From IMG/VR virus record IMGVR_UViG_2609460221_000003: a DNA stretch of 26,287 bases; one strand, 5' to 3'. Positions 1 through 7,453 of the stretch are shown here, one piece after another. The notes beneath the pieces are model-generated. The model did no database searches and was not told the origin of the DNA. It worked only from the letters and a program-made list of their open reading frames with translations. The translations under genes and the position numbers were made by a program. The DNA comes from a virus (Duplodnaviria > Heunggongvirae > Uroviricota > Caudoviricetes). Positions within the stretch are counted from its first letter, which is position 1, and the number at the start of each line of letters is the position of its first letter.

Positions 1-849
1 CGAGTGATTCGTGCTGCTGGTGGCGCTGGCGCATTGTCTGACTGGTTACTGCGCCATGTTAAATCCTGCCAGTGGCCACACGGCGATTATCACCACAGTG
101 AAACCGTCATTCACCGTTATGGTACCGGCGCAATGGTGTTGTGCTGGCACTGCGACAACCAGCTGCGCGACCAGACCTCCGAATCACTCGGGCAACTTGC
201 TCACCAAAACCTGTCTGCATGGATGATTGACGTCATACGCCATGCAATGAATGGCTCGCAGGAACGGGAATTATCGCTGGCTGAATTATCCTGGTGGGCG
301 GTCCGCAATCAGGTGGCGGACGCGCTACCGGAAGCGGTATTACGTCGTTCGCTGGGGTTGCGTGCGGAAAAAATCCGCTCAATGTACCGTGAAAGCGACA
401 TCGTACCGGGAGAGCAGACCGCCACCAGCATACTGAAACAGCGCACAAAAAATCTTGCGCCGCTGCCTCACGCCCACCAGCAACAGAACCCACCACAGGA
501 AAAGACGGTGGTCAGCATTGCCGTTGATCCGGAATCTCCGGCTCAGTATCTCCAGCGCCAGAAACCACAACGGGAAGAGATGCCTGTATACACGCGCTGG
601 GTAAAAACGCAGAAATGCATGACGTGTGGCAATCAGGCAGATGATCCGCATCACATCATTGGTCATGGACTGGGAGGGATGGGAACAAAGGCTGACGATT
701 TGTTTGTTATTCCGCTGTGTCGTAAATGCCATAACGAACTACACGCCGGGGTAAAAGATTTTGAAGAAAAACACGGTAGTCAGTTGTTGTTGCTGATTCG
801 TTTTTTAATGCACGCGAGAAATTCGGGTGTTCTGAAGTGGAAAGCATAA
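1..849 (+). CDS. Prophage nin-region protein, DUF968-like with C-terminal Cys/His zinc-finger (HNH-like) motif; 5' end truncated by window edge
   Basis: ORF open from window start, stop TAA 847-849. C-terminus has CMTCGN...HHIIGHGLGG...CRKCHNELH motif. Lies immediately upstream of rusA as in many lambdoid prophages. Family name is recalled, not searched. Confidence 0.55.
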   Translation, partial: RVIRAAGGAGALSDWLLRHVKSCQWPHGDYHHSETVIHRYGTGAMVLCWHCDNQLRDQTSESLGQLAHQNLSAWMIDVIRHAMNGSQERELSLAELSWWAVRNQVADALPEAVLRRSLGLRAEKIRSMYRESDIVPGEQTATSILKQRTKNLAPLPHAHQQQNPPQEKTVVSIAVDPESPAQYLQRQKPQREEMPVYTRWVKTQKCMTCGNQADDPHHIIGHGLGGMGTKADDLFVIPLCRKCHNELHAGVKDFEEKHGSQLLLLIRFLMHARNSGVLKWKA

Positions 850-1218
850 ATGACCGAACGCATAGAATTTGTTTTGCCTTACTCGCCGACGGTGAACACT
901 TACTGGCGACGCCGTGGCAGCACATATTTTGTATCAAAAGCCGGGGAGCGTTATCGCCGGGCAGTGGCGCTTATTGTTCGCCAGCAGCGACTGAAATTAA
1001 GCCTGTCCGGACGGCTGGCAATAAAAATTATTGCAGAGCCACCGGATAAGCGTCGTCGTGACCTGGACAATATTCTGAAAGCACCACTGGATGCGCTGAC
1101 GCACGCGGGGTTGTTAATGGACGATGAGCAGTTTGATGAAATCAATATTGTACGTGGCCAGCCAGTATCTGGTGGACGGCTGGAGATAAGAATTACAGAG
1201 GTGGGTGTGCATGAATAA
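850..1218 (+). CDS. rusA: Crossover junction endodeoxyribonuclease RusA (Holliday junction resolvase)
   Basis: 122-aa ORF; ATG at 850 abuts the upstream stop. Translation carries RusA-like segments (PDKRRRDLDNILKAPLDALTHAGLL, GGRLEIRITE) and typical length (~120 aa). Confidence 0.9.
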   Translation: MTERIEFVLPYSPTVNTYWRRRGSTYFVSKAGERYRRAVALIVRQQRLKLSLSGRLAIKIIAEPPDKRRRDLDNILKAPLDALTHAGLLMDDEQFDEINIVRGQPVSGGRLEIRITEVGVHE

Positions 1219-1900
1219 CCAGTATTTACAGTTTGTTCGTGAGCAACTCATGATTGCCACTGCAGATCTCAGTGGGTCGACAAAATGCCAGCTGGAAGCC
1301 TGGCAGGAAAATGCCCTGTTCGATACAGGGCGTTACAGACGCAAAAAAATTCGTTACCGCGATGAGGTAACCGGAAAAATGATCACGCGGGATAATCCCC
1401 CGATCCAGGGTAAACAATCACTGGCGAAAGGCTCATCAATTGCGCTGGTCAGTCCTGTTGAGTTTGCAACATCATCGTGGCGGCGTGCTGTTCTGGAACT
1501 GGAAGAACATCAGAAGGCGTGGTTGTTGTGGTGTTATGGCGGAAACATTTGCTGGGAGCATCAGATCGCGATAACGCAGTGGGGGTGGAGTGAATTTAAA
1601 ACTCAGTCCGGCTCCAGAAAAATTGCAGTGAAAACGCTGGAGCGTGTGAAGAAGTTGATCTGGCTGGCGGCACAGGATGTCAGAGGATGGGTTACCGGGT
1701 GTGAGGTCTACCAGAGACAGGAGCTTGCCAGACTGTGTGGAGTTAAGCCTGATAACTGGAGCCATAATTATGCGAACTACTGGCGTGAGATGTGCGATAT
1801 TTTTAAGCGCCTCGATAGAGAATCCTTGATTTGCTCCGTGAAAATAAGAGCGCAACAAAAAGCGACCTTTTCACGACGAGATATTGCAAAAGTCAATTAA
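1211..1900 (+). CDS. Late-gene antitermination protein Q-like
   Basis: 229-aa ORF; ATG 1211 overlaps rusA stop (ATGAATAA), RBS GAGGTGG 7 nt upstream. Position (after rusA, before a promoter/terminator pair and the lysis genes) is the canonical Q slot. Sequence-family assignment is from recall only. Confidence 0.6.
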   Translation: MNNQYLQFVREQLMIATADLSGSTKCQLEAWQENALFDTGRYRRKKIRYRDEVTGKMITRDNPPIQGKQSLAKGSSIALVSPVEFATSSWRRAVLELEEHQKAWLLWCYGGNICWEHQIAITQWGWSEFKTQSGSRKIAVKTLERVKKLIWLAAQDVRGWVTGCEVYQRQELARLCGVKPDNWSHNYANYWREMCDIFKRLDRESLICSVKIRAQQKATFSRRDIAKVN

Positions 1901-1925
1901 ATCGCGTATGTTTCGTATAAATCTG
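1884..1925 (+). promoter_or_regulatory. Putative late promoter (pR'-like): -35 TTGCAA (1884-1889), 17-bp spacer, -10 TATGTT (1907-1912)
   Basis: Sigma70-like hexamers with 17-bp spacing straddling the Q stop codon, followed about 50 nt later by a strong intrinsic terminator, as in lambda pR'/tR'. Confidence 0.35.
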
Positions 1926-1961
1926 ATATTTTGCCGATTTTGTACGTGATGGCAAAGTAAG

Positions 1962-1990
1962 AAAAAACCACCGCCAGGTGGTTTTTTTTA
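1962..1990 (+). terminator. Intrinsic terminator (tR'-like), bidirectional in form
   Basis: AAAAAA-CCACC-GCCA-GGTGG-TTTTTTTT: 5-bp GC stem, 4-nt loop, A-run upstream and 8-T run downstream. Confidence 0.7.
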
Positions 1991-2112
1991 TGTCCGAAAA
2001 TCGCGTCAGTACAGTAAACGCGCTGGTGGTTGCGAATACGGGTCTTTCAGCTTGCCGGCTTTTTCGACAAGAGTTATTGGTATGTCACGTTAACCGGAAA
2101 AGGGAAAAAGAC

Positions 2113-2310
2113 ATGCTAAAACAGCAGGATATGACAGAAGCCGCCAGAGTGGTGTTTAATGAATTAAGCGTTACCGACCCGGCGACAGTCAGGGAGATTG
2201 CACAGAATACTTACCTTTCACGCGAACGCTGCCAGTTAATACTGACCCAGCTTGTTATGGCGGGTCTGGCAGACTATCAGTTTGGTTGTTACAGACACCT
2301 TCAGTCCTGA
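2113..2310 (+). CDS. Small hypothetical protein (65 aa), possible helix-turn-helix; stand-alone moron unit
   Basis: ATG 2113 with AAGGGA upstream; stop TGA lies inside a perfect 7-bp hairpin followed by a T-run (2298-2322). The longer 110-aa track ORF from 1978 would start inside the tR' terminator, so the internal ATG is preferred. Confidence 0.4.
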   Translation: MLKQQDMTEAARVVFNELSVTDPATVREIAQNTYLSRERCQLILTQLVMAGLADYQFGCYRHLQS

Positions 2311-2322
2311 AGGCTTTTTTAT
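2298..2322 (+). terminator. Intrinsic terminator
   Basis: CCTTCAG-TC-CTGAAGG followed by CTTTTTTATTT. Confidence 0.6.
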
Positions 2323-2436
2323 TTGTGGTAAATGGGCGGCTGGTGGGTGTGGTGGTTGTTGCTTTCCCGTTGCTGAAAAAGAAAACGCCAGACTGTTAGC
2401 CGGGTATCAGTTAGCGGGAGAAATTTTTAAATACTT

Positions 2437-2650
2437 CACAATTCAGGCGGTTGACTGTTGTCTGGTTTGCGGGGAGTTTGTTAAAAGAAACTGGCATGGT
2501 GAATCCCCCTGTGCGGAGGGGCAATCAGCGAGTAGGTATATGGGATAATCGCGGATTCAGGTGCTGGTACTGAATTCACCGGGAGGCACCCGGCACCATG
2601 CAATGGCACATAGCGCCACTCTCCAGCCCCTCTCCGGAGGGGCTTTTCTG
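2437..2650 (+). ncRNA. Candidate structured RNA unit A (paralog of unit B), ending in an intrinsic terminator
   Basis: Shares three conserved blocks with unit B: GCATGGTGAATCCCCCTG(N)GCGGAGGGGC, CTGAA(T/C)TCACCGGGAGGCACCCGGCACCATG, and AGCCCCTCTCCGGAGGGG plus T-run. CATGGTG...CACCATG can pair as a closing stem. TTGACT box at 2451-2456. No plausible ORF. Confidence 0.3.
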
Positions 2651-2838
2651 TGCCGGATACATCACAGTTTCTGGAACCTTAGGTACTACAGTATCAGTCA
2701 GGGTGCTATATTTTCAGATGTGATGAAAGCCTGTCAGCAGGCAGGGCGTATCGGAAATGACCCAGTAGAGAAAACGTTGACTCAGATACCGGTGCTGAGT
2801 TACCGGGAAACCGGCATCACATGACCGCTATCCTTCCA

Positions 2839-2866
2839 GGCCCATCCGCTCCGGTGGGCCTTTTTA
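2839..2866 (+). terminator. Intrinsic terminator
   Basis: GGCCCA-(9-nt loop)-TGGGCC followed by TTTTT. Confidence 0.5.
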
Positions 2867-2904
2867 CTGCAGAAAACAGGTTCCCCGTTAAATGCTATGT
2901 TGCT

Positions 2905-3137
2905 CACAATTCAGTAAGTTGACAGTTGCCTGTCAGACTGGGCATTTGTTAAAAAAATTTCGCATGGTGAATCCCCCTGAGCGGAGGGGCGACTGGTGAC
3001 GGTATAATCTCTGATTATCAAAACGAGAATGACGCGGGTTTAGTGGCACCGGGCTGAACTCACCGGGAGGCACCCGGCACCATGTGCATGATGATACAGA
3101 TACGCGGCTTTAGCCCCTCTCCGGAGGGGGTTTCTTG
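2905..3137 (+). ncRNA. Candidate structured RNA unit B (paralog of unit A), ending in an intrinsic terminator
   Basis: Same three conserved blocks as unit A with a divergent central segment; TTGACA box at 2919-2924; CCCCTC-TCCG-GAGGGG hairpin plus GTTTCTT at 3114-3137. Confidence 0.3.
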
Positions 3138-3142
3138 TGGGC

Positions 3143-3171
3143 AAAAAAAGCCCGCGCTGGGAGACGCGGGC
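3143..3171 (-). terminator. Intrinsic terminator oriented for the minus strand
   Basis: A-run (3143-3149) then GCCCGCG-(8-nt loop)-CGCGGGC on the plus strand, i.e. hairpin followed by U-run on the minus strand. Confidence 0.4.
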
Positions 3172-3364
3172 GGCAAGGAATAAACAATAAAACGTGAAGT
3201 AATATTTCAGCTGGCGAATAATACCCCATAGTAATCACTCTGCGCAACTGCGCGGTCTTTTTCGAATTGCGGGCTGTCGTGTCTCTTCTGCCATTGTCCT
3301 GTAACTTCCGGACTTCAGCCCGCTCCTTATTTTACTCACAATATTATCCCGGCCGGGAGGATTC

Positions 3365-3477
3365 ATGGCATTTAAACACTATGACGTGGTCAGGGCGGTA
3401 TCGCCGTCAGACCTTGCGAAACGACTGACACAAAAACTGAAGGAGGCTGGCAGCCGTTTGGTAGTCCGGTGGCCATA
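3365..3477 (+). CDS. Out-of-frame N-terminal segment of the esterase gene (DUF1737-like leader), 37 codons
   Basis: ATG 3365 preceded by a strong RBS GGGAGGA at 6-nt spacing; translation MAFKHYDVVRAVSPSDLAKRLTQKLKEAGSRLVVRWP* ends at 3475-3477, overlapping the start of the main esterase frame. Confidence 0.45.
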
Positions 3478-5220
3478 ACCCCTTATACCCTGATGCAGGC
3501 GATTGCAGCAGAAGGTGATGTGGTGGTCAGTGGTGCAACTGAGCCGGATTGGTACTACGTCATCGTACTGGCCGGGCAGTCCAATGCCATGGCTTACGGT
3601 GAAGGGCTTCCGCTGCCGGATTCATACGATGCGCCCCATCCGCGCATTAAGCAACTGGCCCGTCGTAACACAGTGACTCCCGGTGGTGAAGTATGCGTAT
3701 TTAACGACATCATTCCTGCTGACCATTGTCTGCATGATGTTCAGGATATGAGTACGATTAACCATCCCCGGGCTGACCTGAGCAAAGGGCAGTACGGCTG
3801 TGTCGGACAGGGCTTACATATTGCCAAAAAACTGCTTCCGTATATCCCTAATAACGCGGGGATCCTGCTGGTACCATGCTGTCGTGGTGGTTCGGCATTC
3901 ACCCAGGGCACGGAGGGGACATTCAGCGAGTCCACGGGGGCCAGTCAGGATTCGGCTCGCTGGGGAGTGGGTAAGCCGTTATATCAGGATCTGCTTTTCC
4001 GCACGAAGGCAGCATTGCAGAAAAACCCGAAAAACGTTTTGCTGGCGATATGCTGGATGCAGGGGGAATTCGATATGACGAATGCCAGTTACGCCCAGCA
4101 GCCAGCAGCATTTCTTGCAATGGTACAGCAGTTCCGTGCTGACCTTGCCGGGCTGGCGGCGCAGTGTCACGGTGGAAGTCCGGCATCAGTCCCCTGGATT
4201 TGTGGCGACACGACATACGCGTGGAAACAAGAACACGGTACGCAATATGAAGTGGTATATGGTGCATATAAAGGTAAAGAATCCCAGCAGATTTATTTTG
4301 TTCCCTTTATGACCGATGGTAGCGGAGTTAATACACCGACAAACAACCCGTCAGAAGATCCTGATATTGCCGGGTCTGGTTATTACGGTTCGGCATCCCG
4401 AACGAACAAAAACTGGGTATCATCAAATCGCCCGACGCATTTCAGCTCATGGGCGCGTCGTGGCATTATTCCCGATCGTATGGCAACTGCTATTCTGAAC
4501 GTAGCCGGTCGCACCTTAGCCTTCATTAGTGGTAAGGCACCGGAAATCAAACCCTCGCCCGGCGGCGACACTCCATCGGGGCCGTCTGATGGTGACACAT
4601 CCGTTCGTACAGTCTCCCTGCTGCCGACAGCCGGAGAGGCTGCTGCGCAGGGCTGGACCATCACCGGCGGCAGTGTTGCGCTGGAAGATGGTGTGTTTAA
4701 GGTTACCAAGCAGAGCAATAAAACTTGGTCCCTGATGCATCCGGTGGATGACGCAGTCTCCCTGCTGACACGGGGTGGCAGACTGAGCTGTAAGTTTCGA
4801 CTGTCAGGCGCACTGACCAACAACCAGTTCGGTCTGGGAATTTATCTGTATACCGATGTAGCGTTACCTGACGTCGTGGCGATGACCGGGACTGGTAACC
4901 CGTTCCTGATGTCGTTCTTCACCCAGACCACAGACGGCAAACTGAATCTGATGCATCACAGGAAAGCAGGAAACACAAAGTTGGGCGAGTTCGGGAATTA
5001 CAGTAACGACTGGCAGACGCTGGAGCTGGTGTTCACCGCCGGCAGTGCCACGGTTACTCCGAAACTGAATGGAGTGGCTGGCCCGGCATTCCAGGTCATA
5101 AAAGACAGTCTGACACTGGGGCTGAATGCGCTGACGCTGACGGATATTACCAAAAATGCAGCGTATGGCGTTGAGATAGAAAGTCTGGTGCTGGAGATAA
5201 ATGCACCAGCATCATCATAA
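3469..5220 (+). CDS. Prophage sialate 9-O-acetylesterase (NanS-p-like, SGNH/SASA hydrolase with C-terminal extension)
   Basis: 583-aa ORF. The N-terminal part carries the esterase signature (VIVLAGQSNAMAYGEG; WMQGEFD). It sits in the usual NanS-p position between Q/toxin locus and holin. The true start is probably ATG 3365 in another frame (see findings). Confidence 0.8.
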   Translation: MAITPYTLMQAIAAEGDVVVSGATEPDWYYVIVLAGQSNAMAYGEGLPLPDSYDAPHPRIKQLARRNTVTPGGEVCVFNDIIPADHCLHDVQDMSTINHPRADLSKGQYGCVGQGLHIAKKLLPYIPNNAGILLVPCCRGGSAFTQGTEGTFSESTGASQDSARWGVGKPLYQDLLFRTKAALQKNPKNVLLAICWMQGEFDMTNASYAQQPAAFLAMVQQFRADLAGLAAQCHGGSPASVPWICGDTTYAWKQEHGTQYEVVYGAYKGKESQQIYFVPFMTDGSGVNTPTNNPSEDPDIAGSGYYGSASRTNKNWVSSNRPTHFSSWARRGIIPDRMATAILNVAGRTLAFISGKAPEIKPSPGGDTPSGPSDGDTSVRTVSLLPTAGEAAAQGWTITGGSVALEDGVFKVTKQSNKTWSLMHPVDDAVSLLTRGGRLSCKFRLSGALTNNQFGLGIYLYTDVALPDVVAMTGTGNPFLMSFFTQTTDGKLNLMHHRKAGNTKLGEFGNYSNDWQTLELVFTAGSATVTPKLNGVAGPAFQVIKDSLTLGLNALTLTDITKNAAYGVEIESLVLEINAPASS

Positions 5221-5370
5221 AAAGTGAGCCAGTCAAATGGAAGGTATCGTTAAACTCACCGGTAGTGTCAGTGGGTCGTCTGAGATGCCTGCATGAGTTA
5301 TCAGAGCCATCAGTACTTAACTGGTGGCTTTTTTTATTGTTGTCAGCTTCCGGATAACGGGAGACGGGGT

Positions 5371-5586
5371 ATGTACCAGATGGAAAAAATCACAACAGGT
5401 GTGTCATACACCACGTCAGCGGTGGGAACGGGCTACTGGTTCCTGCAGTTGCTGGACAGGGTTTCCCCGTCTCAGTGGGCGGCAATAGGCGTGCTGGGGA
5501 GTCTGCTGTTTGGGCTGCTGACATATCTGACTAACCTGTATTTCAAAATCAGAGAGGACCGTCGTAAGGCTGCACGGGGAGAGTAA
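5371..5586 (+). CDS. S: Holin, phage 21-type pinholin (class II, dual start)
   Basis: 71-aa product with two transmembrane segments and charged C-terminus ([13 protein letters not shown]); dual-start motif MYQMEK with ATGs at 5371 and 5380. Preceded by a hairpin plus T-run at about 5304-5336. Confidence 0.85.
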   Translation: MYQMEKITTGVSYTTSAVGTGYWFLQLLDRVSPSQWAAIGVLGSLLFGLLTYLTNLYFKIREDRRKAARGE

Positions 5587-5590
5587 TTCA

Positions 5591-5935
5591 ATGACTCAAA
5601 ACTATGAACTGATTGTGAAAGGGATCCGCAATTTTGAGAATAAAGTTACGGTAACTTTAGCGTTACGGGACAAAAAACGCTTTGACGGTGAAATTTTTGA
5701 CCTGGACATCTCGCTGGACCGTGTTGAAGGTGCCGCGCTGGAGTTTTATGAGGCAGCAGCCAGAAGGAGCATCAGACAGGTCTTCCTGGATGTTGCTGCC
5801 GGGTTATGTGAAGGGGATGAGCAGTCGCCGGAAAAGCGCCCCGTAATTTTAGAGGCGCAGGATGTGTTGATAACCTACAGAGGAAAACTACCGGGAATAA
5901 TTACGGGTTCTCTGAAGAGTCCGCCGAAATGGTAA
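5591..5935 (+). CDS. Hypothetical protein (114 aa) between holin and endolysin
   Basis: ATG 5591 lies 4 nt after the holin stop (translational coupling), GGGGAGAG upstream; no recognisable family. Confidence 0.5.
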   Translation: MTQNYELIVKGIRNFENKVTVTLALRDKKRFDGEIFDLDISLDRVEGAALEFYEAAARRSIRQVFLDVAAGLCEGDEQSPEKRPVILEAQDVLITYRGKLPGIITGSLKSPPKW

Positions 5936-6173
5936 TTTTACCAGCATATTTTTCATCCAGTAATACAGCAAGCCGCCTGAAAGAGTCTTGTTGTTCCTGA
6001 GACCATTTGGGATTGCATGATTCAAACTGGATTGATGCCAGCGTTGATTGCATCTGTTCCCTTGGAATTGAGAATGCCAGATATGAGAAGGCGACGGTAA
6101 GGGTATTCACGTCTTCCCGAAGCCTGGAAATGCTGTCGAGCAACTCCTGTAGAGAAATGGTGTTATTGTCCAT
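5901..6173 (-). CDS. Hypothetical protein (90 aa), antisense to the lysis operon
   Basis: Minus-strand ATG at 6173 with RBS GAGGA 6 nt upstream; converges on and overlaps the 3' end of the 5591-5935 gene by 35 bp; no recognisable family. Confidence 0.4.
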   Translation of the reverse strand: MDNNTISLQELLDSISRLREDVNTLTVAFSYLAFSIPREQMQSTLASIQFESCNPKWSQEQQDSFRRLAVLLDEKYAGKITISADSSENP

Positions 6174-6278
6174 AAATAATCCTCATGATTGTATTGACCT
6201 GTTAGCAGCCTGAGGCAACAGGCTGGAACTGATAAACATATCCAGGGCTCAGAAACCGATAAATCCTGATAAATATCC

Positions 6279-6812
6279 ATGAACGCAAAAATCAGATACG
6301 GCCTGTCGGCTGCCGTTCTGGCGCTGATTGCCGCTGGTGCGCCTGCGCCTGACATTCTCGACCAGTTTCTGGATGAAAAGGAAGGTAACCACACCACGGC
6401 ATACCGTGATGGCGCGGGTATCTGGACCATCTGCCGCGGTGCCATCCTGGTGGATGGCAAACCTGTCGTTCCGGGCATGAAGTTGTCGAAGGAAAAATGC
6501 GACCGGGTTAACGCCATTGAGCGTGATAAGGCGCTGGCATGGGTGGAGAAAAACATCAGAGTGCCATTGAGTGAACCCCAGAAAGCGGGGATCGCGTCAT
6601 TCTGTCCGTACAACATTGGCCCCGGTAAGTGTTTTCCGTCGACGTTTTATAAACGAATTAATGCAGGTGATCGCAGGGGAGCGTGTGAGGCGATTCGCTG
6701 GTGGATTAAGGACGGTGGCAGAGACTGCCGTATTCGCTCAAATAACTGTTACGGTCAGGTATCCCGTCGTGACCAGGAGAGCGCGCTAGCGTGCTGGGGA
6801 ATCGACAGATAA
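6279..6812 (+). CDS. R: SAR endolysin (lysozyme, glycoside hydrolase family 24 / T4-lysozyme-like) with N-terminal signal-anchor-release segment
   Basis: 177 aa; Gly/Ala-rich weakly hydrophobic N-terminus (GLSAAVLALIAAGAPAP) followed by the catalytic E-x8-D-x5-T pattern (EKEGNHTTAYRDGAGIWT). Pairs with a pinholin as in phage 21. Confidence 0.85.
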   Translation: MNAKIRYGLSAAVLALIAAGAPAPDILDQFLDEKEGNHTTAYRDGAGIWTICRGAILVDGKPVVPGMKLSKEKCDRVNAIERDKALAWVEKNIRVPLSEPQKAGIASFCPYNIGPGKCFPSTFYKRINAGDRRGACEAIRWWIKDGGRDCRIRSNNCYGQVSRRDQESALACWGIDR

Positions 6813-6902
6813 GCAGAATATTTTGCTAATAAATGACGTTGGCCAAGGCGGACGGATAACACGAAATCCTGCGAACTGGCAAAATGTAAGTGAATAAAAG
6901 TA

Positions 6903-6941
6903 AAAACCCCGTTTGTTGGCAGCAAGCGGGGTTTTGTTTTT
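6903..6941 (+). terminator. Intrinsic terminator downstream of endolysin
   Basis: AAAAA-CCCCG-(15-nt loop)-CGGGG followed by TTTTGTTTTT. Confidence 0.6.
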
Positions 6942-7104
6942 ATGGCAGTAAGCTATGGGAGGCTGCCTTGATTGATTTTAGCAAACTGATTAGGGAGTTG
7001 CGACTCATGATTAGTCAATTACCAAACTGGAAATTTTTGCTGGTCTGGAGCATCCCTTTTTTATGGGTAGTATCCCAGTTAATTGTGGCAATTAAGGGGT
7101 AGCT

Positions 7105-7236
7105 ATGTCAGACAAACTCATAACGCCGGCAAAGGTCCTGTGTGTGATTGTCGGTATTTCATTTTCACTAATGCTGGTTGCTCTTTTTCTGTCCCTCGCC
7201 TGGGTGATGTTGTCTTCGTCGGGGCTGCTGGGGTGA
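7105..7236 (+). CDS. Small hydrophobic peptide (43 aa, single predicted transmembrane helix)
   Basis: ATG 7105 with RBS AAGGGG 5 nt upstream; MSDKLITPAKVLCVIVGISFSLMLVALFLSLAWVMLSSSGLLG; stop overlaps the next small ORF (GTGA). Confidence 0.3.
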   Translation: MSDKLITPAKVLCVIVGISFSLMLVALFLSLAWVMLSSSGLLG

Positions 7237-7355
7237 CAGTGACTGATGACATCAGCAGAGCGCTGGCTTTTGCTATTAAGTGGGTGGCTGTTGGTATTGC
7301 TGTGTCTCCGATGCTGTATGGGCTGGCAAAACTGGTCATTGCGCTGAAATCGTGA
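7233..7355 (+). CDS. Small hydrophobic peptide (40 aa), paralog of the 7367-7453 peptide
   Basis: GTG start overlapping the upstream stop; shares the motif RA(L/M)AFAI(K/R)(W/I)VA(V/I) with the next peptide, and similarity is visible at the DNA level. Confidence 0.25.
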   Translation: MTVTDDISRALAFAIKWVAVGIAVSPMLYGLAKLVIALKS

Positions 7356-7366
7356 ACTTTAAAAAG

Positions 7367-7453
7367 ATGAGTGCTGAACTTATTCGGGCAATGGCATTTG
7401 CCATTCGTATTGTGGCCATTGCTGTTCTGGTCTGGGCAATCCGTTGGTGGTGA
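7367..7453 (+). CDS. Small hydrophobic peptide (28 aa), paralog of the 7233-7355 peptide
   Basis: ATG 7367; [28 protein letters not shown]; stop TGA sits 1 nt before the Rz start. No clear RBS. Confidence 0.25.
   Translation: MSAELIRAMAFAIRIVAIAVLVWAIRWW

Noticed and set aside
2252-2824. Track ORFs 2252-2548 (98 aa) and 2561-2824 (87 aa)
   Set aside because: They run through terminator hairpins and the conserved RNA-like blocks, have low-complexity Gly/Cys-rich translations, and have no RBS; more likely non-coding.
1900-3365. Looked for stxA/stxB and for the tRNA genes (ileZ/argN/argO type) that Stx phages carry between Q and the esterase/lysis genes
   Set aside because: No ORF of toxin size is present, and no cloverleaf signature (GTTCGAATCC-type T-loop with a 7-bp acceptor stem) is found. 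The GGTGAATCC strings belong to the repeated structured units and do not fit a tRNA.
6107-6616. 169-aa minus-strand ORF
   Set aside because: Antisense to the well-supported endolysin gene; no RBS.
7083-7355. 90-aa track ORF taken as a whole
   Set aside because: Its 5' half overlaps the better-supported 7105-7236 peptide in another frame and has no RBS; only the C-terminal 40 codons (from GTG 7233) were kept as a low-confidence peptide.
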